From contig JBKBOT010000023.1 of the NCBI GenBank assembly GCA_046293555.1, positions 1 through 23,443 on the forward strand: 23,443 bases of DNA. The letters are read 5' to 3'. The translations under genes were made by a program, and so were the position numbers. Shown here piece by piece: positions 16,124 through 23,443 of the stretch (position 1 is its first letter; each line of letters starts with the position of its first letter). The notes under the pieces are model-generated. The model ran no database searches. It saw nothing but the letters and a program-made list of their open reading frames with translations, and was not told the origin of the DNA. This DNA comes from Pyrobaculum sp. Its GTDB lineage: Archaea > Thermoproteota > Thermoprotei > Thermoproteales > Thermoproteaceae.

Positions 16124-16792
16124 ATGCCGTATAGGTTCCTAGAGCTAGAAATCTCCTGGCTTGGACACGACGCATTTAGAATTAAGAAAGATGTGGCGGT
16201 GTATATAGATCCATACCAGATACAAGTGGGCGAGCCTAAGGCAGACATTGTGTTTATCACACATGAACATTTTGACCACTGCGAGCCGGCGTCAATAAAG
16301 CGGGTGTTAAAGCCCTCAACTATCGTAGTGGCGCCGGGAGTTGCCAAGCCGTGTGTAAACAAGGTTACACAAAACATGTTGGAGATATCTCCCGGCGAGA
16401 CGAGAGACGTGGGGTCGCTCCAAGTGGTGGCATATCCTGCCTACAATCTTAACAAGTTTAGAGACCCCTCCCGCGGCGTTGTGTTCCACCCAAAGGAGGA
16501 CGGGAGAGTGGGCTACCTGATAGAGTGGGGAGGCGTTAAGATCTTCCACGTGGGAGATAGTGACTTTGTGCCAGAGTTTAGAGAGGTGCGTGCAGACGTC
16601 GTATTTGTCCCAGTTTCTGGCGTATATGTAATGACTCCCCAGGAGGCCGCGGAGTTTGTAAACACGATAAAGCCAAAGGTGGCTATCCCCATGCATTATG
16701 GGGCCATTGTGGCGTCTAGAAGAGAGGCAGAAGAGTTTAGGAGGCTTGTGGCGCCAGGTATTGAAGTAGTGATTTTAGAAAGGGAAATATAG
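16124..16792 (+). CDS. MBL-fold metallo-hydrolase
   Basis: WLGHDAF, IDPY, THEHFDH, FHVGD, AIPMHYG. Confidence 0.93.
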   Translation: MPYRFLELEISWLGHDAFRIKKDVAVYIDPYQIQVGEPKADIVFITHEHFDHCEPASIKRVLKPSTIVVAPGVAKPCVNKVTQNMLEISPGETRDVGSLQVVAYPAYNLNKFRDPSRGVVFHPKEDGRVGYLIEWGGVKIFHVGDSDFVPEFREVRADVVFVPVSGVYVMTPQEAAEFVNTIKPKVAIPMHYGAIVASRREAEEFRRLVAPGIEVVILEREI

Positions 16793-17513
16793 AGGCAAAA
16801 AACAGCGCCAACATAATGCCTATATACGCCTTTATAAATTTTTCAATTCTTATAACTCTAATCTTGTAGCGCGAAGAGGCTGTAAGTAACGCCGAGTAGG
16901 CTACAAGAGTAAACGATAGAGGTACCTGAATTAAGCTAGCCGCCAGAGCCCCCACGATCATAGTTAGGTTTATAGACACTGTAGTTCTAGGCCTGAGGGC
17001 AACCAGGTCGACAACCCACCGGGAGTAGCTAAGCCCCATGTATGTGCCTATAGTCGCCGCCACGACCGTTGTGACGAGGTTGTGTGAAAAAAGCGCGAGG
17101 TTGTTATACCCGAAGAGATACATTAAGACAAATAATGTAGGCAGGGACAGGCCCCCGCCTCCTTTTAGCACCTTACAGAAAGCCAAGGCGAAGAACGCAA
17201 AGAGGGGAGAGGTCAGCCAGAGGGAAATAGCCTCTACTCTATATGTAGACATGGCGTAAGACACCACAGATATGGGGAGGCTTATTTTTGCCGCAGAAAG
17301 AGCTAGATATAACGCAGTTATGTAGATAAACTCCTCAAGGCCTAGCGAGACTGGCTCCATGTTGCTTGTGGCTGCGCCGAGAGCCTGGCCTAAGACGGCC
17401 ACGATAAATGATCTCCTCGGCCCCACTCCAGTACCCCACCCGGTGGGGCCAAGGAGGACGAGTGAGTTGTTATACACTAGGAGAAGTGTTAGAATAAATG
17501 AAATTCCCTCCAT
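16737..17513 (-). CDS. Divergent PiT-family (inorganic phosphate/anion) transporter-like membrane protein
   Basis: Multi-TM. Two repeats (LVYNNSLVLLG, FGYNNLA) at the positions of the PiT GANDxAN motif, QVPLSFT near the C-term. Coupled to a DUF47 gene. Confidence 0.65.
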   Translation of the reverse strand: MEGISFILTLLLVYNNSLVLLGPTGWGTGVGPRRSFIVAVLGQALGAATSNMEPVSLGLEEFIYITALYLALSAAKISLPISVVSYAMSTYRVEAISLWLTSPLFAFFALAFCKVLKGGGGLSLPTLFVLMYLFGYNNLALFSHNLVTTVVAATIGTYMGLSYSRWVVDLVALRPRTTVSINLTMIVGALAASLIQVPLSFTLVAYSALLTASSRYKIRVIRIEKFIKAYIGIMLALFFASIFPFLKSLLQYLAPQAS

Positions 17514-18172
17514 TAGATTGAAGACAGGACTGTGGCAAAGTGAAATGCCGCGTCTTGTATGTTATCTGCGATCTTGTCTGCAGTATATACTAACGTCACT
17601 AGGTGGTTAAACTCAACGGCATTTAACTCAAGGCCATAGATCTTGTCAAGTATCTCCTCTTTGATTTCGTCTATTTCCTCCTCGAGAGAGTTTATTAGAC
17701 GTGTATAATGCCGCATTTCTTCATCATTTCTACTTTTTATCAAGTTCTGTAGATATTCTAACATCGTTTTAATTATGTTTAATATTTCTCGTATTTCGTT
17801 CGATATTATGGAGTATATATAGTCTTTCTCCCATAGGTGGAAGCCTCTCCTAATTTCTTTCACAGCAAAATATGTTAAGTCCAAGACGTTGTCTATATTG
17901 TCCAGCAGGATTAACGTGATGTGCGTAATTGTGGGCACCACAGACCCCTGTGCCACGTGGTCTACAAGCTCTCTTGTGATTTCATCCCCCTCTCTCTCCA
18001 GCGCCGTAATTTTCCTCATGATTTCATCAACCTCAATTTTTGTCAAATCGCGAGATATTAAGCCCAGTATACTTTGTAGAGACTGTTGACAGAGCTCTAG
18101 GTGAATATTTATTTTTTTCTTTACATCCTCTATTCCACCTGTAAAAATTTTCTTAATTCTCTCCACGGCCAC
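17513..18172 (-). CDS. DUF47/PhoU-like phosphate transport regulator
   Basis: Helical repeats LEREGDEI..., [14 protein letters not shown]..., ADKIAD..QD. Confidence 0.85.
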   Translation of the reverse strand: MAVERIKKIFTGGIEDVKKKINIHLELCQQSLQSILGLISRDLTKIEVDEIMRKITALEREGDEITRELVDHVAQGSVVPTITHITLILLDNIDNVLDLTYFAVKEIRRGFHLWEKDYIYSIISNEIREILNIIKTMLEYLQNLIKSRNDEEMRHYTRLINSLEEEIDEIKEEILDKIYGLELNAVEFNHLVTLVYTADKIADNIQDAAFHFATVLSSI

Positions 18173-19259
18173 GTTTTACATATCTAGCAAAAGTCTGTAT
18201 AGGGATGTATAAAAATCTAAACTCTTCCCTCCACGTGGGCATTATTTTCCCCCTTATTGGGATCTTGGCCCCACAGAACTTACAGACATACCCCCCTCCC
18301 CTCTCCACAAGGTTTATTTCCAATATGTCGAACCCCCTTCTCCTAATAACTACCTTACCGCACTCTGGACAGTAGGTATGTTCATATTTATGTCCAGGCA
18401 CGTTGCCCACATATGCGAACCTTGCCCCCTCTTTTTTAGCCAACTCTACATGTTTTTCTAAAGTCTCCACCGGGGTGGGGGGGATGTCCTGCATGTTGTA
18501 GTCAGGGTGAAAACGTAGGAAGTGGATAGGCACGTCTGGCTCTAAGATGTCTAGAACCCTCCTTACGAGCCTTCTTGCGTGCTCTAAGCTATCGCCTACA
18601 TGCGGTACCACCAAGTCTGTAACTTCAACCCAAATGTCGTGTTTTTTCATCTCTACAAGAGTTTCAAAAATGGGTTCTGCGTCCTGTACGTAAATATACC
18701 GCCTCATGAAGTGGGGGTCTGCATTTCCCTTAAAGTCTACAGTTGCCGCATCTAGAAACTCGCTGGCGTATCTAACTGCCTCGGGGGTCATATAGCCATT
18801 TGTCACAAAGGTGTTAAACAGCCCTCTGGCACGCGCCAGCTTGCCCACGTCGTGTGCAAACTCCATAAATATTGTAGGCTCGTTGTATGTATACGTAATG
18901 CCGTGAGCTCCATAACTCTCCGCAATTTTTACCAACAGCTCTGTAGTGACCTCAAAGCCCTCTGCCCTCCTCCGCTGGCTAAGTTCAAAATTTTGGCAAT
19001 ATTGACAAGCCCAGTTACAGCCAAAAGTGGAGAAAGACAACACCAACGCCCCTGGGTAGAAGTGGGTAAGTGGCTTTTTCTCTATGGGATCTATCGCAAT
19101 TGCCGATATAAGGCCGTATACGTCTAGCTCCAGGGCCCCCCCTCTTACTGTCCGCACGCCACAAAAGCCCGCCTGGCCTTCCCTTAGCTTACACCTCCTG
19201 GCACATGCGGTACACTCCACCCGGCCGTCTGGCAGCGCCCTACTTAACGTAGCCCTCAC
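18153..19259 (-). CDS. amrS: AmmeMemoRadiSam-system radical SAM enzyme; start likely GTG19259
   Basis: N-term C..C.R.C......[56 protein letters not shown] at ~19277-19286 fits start 19259. Confidence 0.9.
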   Translation of the reverse strand: MRATLSRALPDGRVECTACARRCKLREGQAGFCGVRTVRGGALELDVYGLISAIAIDPIEKKPLTHFYPGALVLSFSTFGCNWACQYCQNFELSQRRRAEGFEVTTELLVKIAESYGAHGITYTYNEPTIFMEFAHDVGKLARARGLFNTFVTNGYMTPEAVRYASEFLDAATVDFKGNADPHFMRRYIYVQDAEPIFETLVEMKKHDIWVEVTDLVVPHVGDSLEHARRLVRRVLDILEPDVPIHFLRFHPDYNMQDIPPTPVETLEKHVELAKKEGARFAYVGNVPGHKYEHTYCPECGKVVIRRRGFDILEINLVERGGGYVCKFCGAKIPIRGKIMPTWREEFRFLYIPIQTFARYVKRGRGEN

Positions 19260-19289
19260 GTATGTCACCATTTACTATATAAAAAACTT

Positions 19290-19336
19290 TCAGCGTAGCT
19301 CAGCCTAATCACCAGTCATAAGTCAGTTCTCATCAG
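19290..19336 (-). ncRNA. Box C/D sRNA (downstream unit of tandem pair), probable tRNA-targeting guide
   Basis: CUGAUGA(C)-GAACUGACUUAUGA-CUGG(D')-UGAUUA(C')-GGCUGAGCUACG-CUGA(D). The D guide is antisense to the tRNA motif CGUAGCUCAGCC. Confidence 0.8.
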
Positions 19337-19382
19337 ACGTTCCAGCGGCGGCCACCTATAGCCACAAATGCCTTTTCATCAC
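19333..19382 (-). ncRNA. Box C/D sRNA (upstream unit of tandem pair)
   Basis: GUGAUGA(C)-AAAGGCAUUUGUGG...CCGCCGCUGGAACGU-CUGA(D), 50 nt. Internal D'/C' boxes are degenerate. Confidence 0.7.
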
Positions 19383-19394
19383 AGAGAGATGTCT

Positions 19395-19655
19395 TTATAG
19401 ATTTAAAACTTCATACTGGCGACAAGACTCGAGCTCCACCACGCCGGCTGGATCTACTTCGTGGTAATGCCGTATGGGGAACTCCATGTTCTCACTAGCT
19501 ATTGCCCTAACTATGGTGATGCCGGCCTGGAGGTTATCACATCTACTTACAAGGACGAGCTTACGTGAGGTAATTCTAGCTTGTCTTAACAGATCTCTTA
19601 CAGGTAACTCTCTAGAGCAGTCAAAAACCGCAATGAGGCAATCTTTTTTATTCAT
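19395..19655 (-). CDS. Hypothetical protein (86 aa), coupled to rps11
   Basis: Stop/start overlap with rps11 (TAATG). Alpha/beta pattern. Confidence 0.75.
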   Translation of the reverse strand: MNKKDCLIAVFDCSRELPVRDLLRQARITSRKLVLVSRCDNLQAGITIVRAIASENMEFPIRHYHEVDPAGVVELESCRQYEVLNL

Positions 19656-20059
19656 TACACTCTTCTACCCTTACGGCCGCTCGGAGGTCTGATGGTGCCA
19701 TGGGGTATCGGCGTTATGTCTTCAATCCTACCTATTACAAGCCCAGATCTAGCCAAGGCGCGTATAGCCGCCGAGGCGCCTGGCCCCGGCACTTTCATCC
19801 CATATCCACCAGGCCCCCTCACCTTTATGTGGACGGCGTTTATCCCCCTTGCCAGCGCCAGTTGGGCAGCCTTGTATGCTGCCTGCATGGCGGCCCAGGG
19901 GGAGGGCTTGTCTTTATCTGCACGTACAACCATCCCACCGCTTACCCTAGCCACGGTCTCCGCCCCCGTCAAGTCTGTAATCGTGATAATTGTGTTGTTT
20001 GAAGACGAGTAGATCCACGCAATTCCCCATCTAAGCTTCTGCTGCTCACCCGATGACAT
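19655..20059 (-). CDS. rps11: 30S ribosomal protein S11 (uS11)
   Basis: [55 protein letters not shown]. Confidence 0.98.
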   Translation of the reverse strand: MSSGEQQKLRWGIAWIYSSSNNTIITITDLTGAETVARVSGGMVVRADKDKPSPWAAMQAAYKAAQLALARGINAVHIKVRGPGGYGMKVPGPGASAAIRALARSGLVIGRIEDITPIPHGTIRPPSGRKGRRV

Positions 20060-20079
20060 CAGTGGGGAGTGTAGCCGGG

Positions 20080-21153
20080 TTATTTATGTTTTGCCCCCTT
20101 TCTTACATATCGCGGCAGCACCCCAGCCTCTTCTAGTACACCCACAACTGCGATTGCCAGCGACGGCACTACAAAATCTGTGGCAATAGTCACCTCTGGC
20201 GCCAGGTCGACTACAAGCGAGGCAAAACGGAACACCCCCGGGGGCACCCCCTCCCGCGACCCTATTAATATGTTCACCCTGTTTTGTGAAAAAAGATGTG
20301 CCAACTGTTCTTTTACATGTGTTATATAGGCCCCCTTTGGGTCTGTAACCACAATCGGCTCGCCAGCTCTATCCCTTACATATTGGTAAAGCTCGTAGAC
20401 ATAAACTGGCACCCGCCATACAGACCTGCCGTAGCTCTTAACTTGTATCTGATAGCGGCTTTTTATCCCGCTTTCCACAGCCTCTAGAAACGTCCTGACG
20501 GTCTCAACGGCGGCGGGCTTGTGTAGCAATATTGTCAATTCTCCTATCTCAAACGTCTGGACAGCCCTCCCGATCCTCTCCCCCATTTTTCTCACCGCCT
20601 CCCTGTCGCCTTCATATATCAGCTGCCCCACGGCAACTTTTCTCAGAAAGTGGAGGGGTAACGGCTTGTTGCGTGTCAACTTTCTATACTCTCTGGTGGC
20701 CGGAATACATATGGCAGCTATATCCTGAAATATCTCCACATATATGGGCTTGTCTGGCTCCTCTAAGTCCACCTCGGCGCCTGTGGCCTCTTTGACCACA
20801 GCCCCAGCCCTTATGTTGACGTCAATAGAGGTAAAGCTATGTGCCCCCCTCCTGGTGGTCCTTACGGCAAAAGACTCCCCGGCAGAGACATGGCCCCGAG
20901 CCACTTCTGCCACAGCTTTGACGACCTCATCTAACTTCGCCTCCACCACCTTCTCCACGACTAACACCCTGTCTGCCTCCGGGATTTTTTCTACAATAAT
21001 CTCTGCGGCCTTCTGTTTGTCTACATTACTTACAAAAATCACGCCCAGATAGCCTCGTGGCGCCGGCGTGACCTCAGCCTCTGGAAAAAGCTCCTTTATA
21101 TACGAGGCGGCGATTTTTTCAAAATTTTTCCGAGTCTTTACTATCAAATCCAT
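20080..21153 (-). CDS. THUMP-domain + SPOUT-type RNA methyltransferase; start likely ATG21153
   Basis: THUMP: [17 protein letters not shown]...GA.V, VDLE.PD. SPOUT knot: [29 protein letters not shown]. Confidence 0.85.
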   Translation of the reverse strand: MDLIVKTRKNFEKIAASYIKELFPEAEVTPAPRGYLGVIFVSNVDKQKAAEIIVEKIPEADRVLVVEKVVEAKLDEVVKAVAEVARGHVSAGESFAVRTTRRGAHSFTSIDVNIRAGAVVKEATGAEVDLEEPDKPIYVEIFQDIAAICIPATREYRKLTRNKPLPLHFLRKVAVGQLIYEGDREAVRKMGERIGRAVQTFEIGELTILLHKPAAVETVRTFLEAVESGIKSRYQIQVKSYGRSVWRVPVYVYELYQYVRDRAGEPIVVTDPKGAYITHVKEQLAHLFSQNRVNILIGSREGVPPGVFRFASLVVDLAPEVTIATDFVVPSLAIAVVGVLEEAGVLPRYVRKGAKHK

Positions 21154-21181
21154 AAAATATTTCAATATATAATATTTTTAT

Positions 21182-21634
21182 ATGGTTTGGAATCTAGAAG
21201 AAAACATACAGCGTGACATTGAAAAGGCACAGGAAAACATAGAACTATATGGCGGCTACGTGTTAAAAGCGCCAAATAGACACGAGATAAGGACGGGGGT
21301 GATTATAGCGGCACGTTTTGCAGACAAGATAAGAAGAACGGCCTTCGCGGCACTTGGACGCGTGGTGCCAAGAGAAGAGATAGCAAAGTCGGTAGCAGAA
21401 CTCAACAAGAAGATATATGAAAAGTTAACCTCCATGGGGGTTGGAAAGCTAGACATCATACGGATAGCCGTAGAGGCGGTGATAGATGGCGACAAGCTTA
21501 CATTTGGGGAGCCCCGGATTGAGTGGTTTGTGCCACATACAGAACTACAGAAGAGAGTAGAGGAATGCGAAAAAAAGATGGCCGAAATAAGAGAAAGGAT
21601 CGAGTCGTTACTTAGAGAACTTAGTCAACCTTAA
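21182..21634 (+). CDS. DUF2258 / ThermoDBP-related nucleic-acid-binding protein
   Basis: IRTG.IIA..FADKIRR..FA, ELNK.IYE.L..MGV.K.D.IRI, C-terminal coiled coil. Confidence 0.8.
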   Translation: MVWNLEENIQRDIEKAQENIELYGGYVLKAPNRHEIRTGVIIAARFADKIRRTAFAALGRVVPREEIAKSVAELNKKIYEKLTSMGVGKLDIIRIAVEAVIDGDKLTFGEPRIEWFVPHTELQKRVEECEKKMAEIRERIESLLRELSQP

Positions 21635-22136
21635 TTTCAAACCCCCTTTTTCGCTTCTCGCTTTTCTCTAGCTCTACAGACAACACGCCGTTTTTATATG
21701 TGGCTTTCGTCTTGTCTGGCGACACGGCGGCTGGAAGTCTTATCTCCTTGTGGTATTTCCTCTCCTTGCCTCTGGCGTCTACTGTGAGGGTACGCCCATC
21801 TTCACTTACATATATCTTAATGTCCTCCTTGTCCACGCCGGGGAGGTCTATCACCACTTTTATCTTGTCGTCCTCCTCTACAATATCTGTCAACGGGTCT
21901 ATCTCGTCGACAACCTCGATCTTTTCCACATCTGGCCTCCTCCTTATGTTACCAAATTCTCTCACCAGGGGCTTCCCATCTGGCCCCACGGTGACCTCAA
22001 ACCCGTAGTAATAATACCGCGGCTTCCCTCTGCCAAATTGTTGAAAACTACGTAACTCTTCTTCAATCTGTCTTTCAAACTCTTCAATAAACTTCTGCCA
22101 CCTTCTCATAAATCGTTCAAATTCGTCAAACAACAT
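21621..22136 (-). CDS. hsp20: Small heat shock protein (archaeal Hsp20)
   Basis: YYYGF.VTVGPDGKP.VREFGN, DLPGV.KEDI, ATYKNGVL. Confidence 0.95.
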   Translation of the reverse strand: MLFDEFERFMRRWQKFIEEFERQIEEELRSFQQFGRGKPRYYYYGFEVTVGPDGKPLVREFGNIRRRPDVEKIEVVDEIDPLTDIVEEDDKIKVVIDLPGVDKEDIKIYVSEDGRTLTVDARGKERKYHKEIRLPAAVSPDKTKATYKNGVLSVELEKSEKRKRGFEIKVD

Positions 22137-22165
22137 AACCCCAGTCTTTGTATCAGTATTTAAAT

Positions 22166-23443
<1,278 letters not shown>

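Overview
Core-genome window of a Thermoproteales crenarchaeon, most likely Pyrobaculum. Indicators are dense, mostly leaderless genes with TATA boxes ~25 nt upstream of the start, chromatin protein CC1, a DUF2258 protein, and a tRNA with non-canonical introns. Housekeeping genes include PCD (partial), a 2-hydroxyacid dehydrogenase, malQ, coaBC, speE, an S9 peptidase, a site-2 protease, rnhB, rps5, rpl30, nadE, a thiolase, an MBL hydrolase, a PiT-like/DUF47 pair, an AmrS radical SAM enzyme, rps11, a THUMP-SPOUT methyltransferase, hsp20 and cdc48 (partial). Several elements are missing from the ORF track: tRNA-Gly(GCC) with two BHB introns (29/30, 53/54), a 55-aa CC1 gene, a 57-aa C2H2 zinc-finger gene, and three box C/D guide sRNAs, two of which form a tandem pair whose D and C boxes overlap. 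A small accessory-looking segment (13.1-15.7 kb) beside the tRNA holds an orphan secreted Cys-containing protein preceded by an A10 tract, ~400 bp of apparently decayed sequence, and a MYG1-like DHH nuclease that ends inside the tRNA. An HTH/ferritin-like fusion regulator sits on a palindromic divergent promoter. No CRISPR array, integrase or transposase was seen. Family assignments and rRNA targets come from motifs and recall, not from searches.
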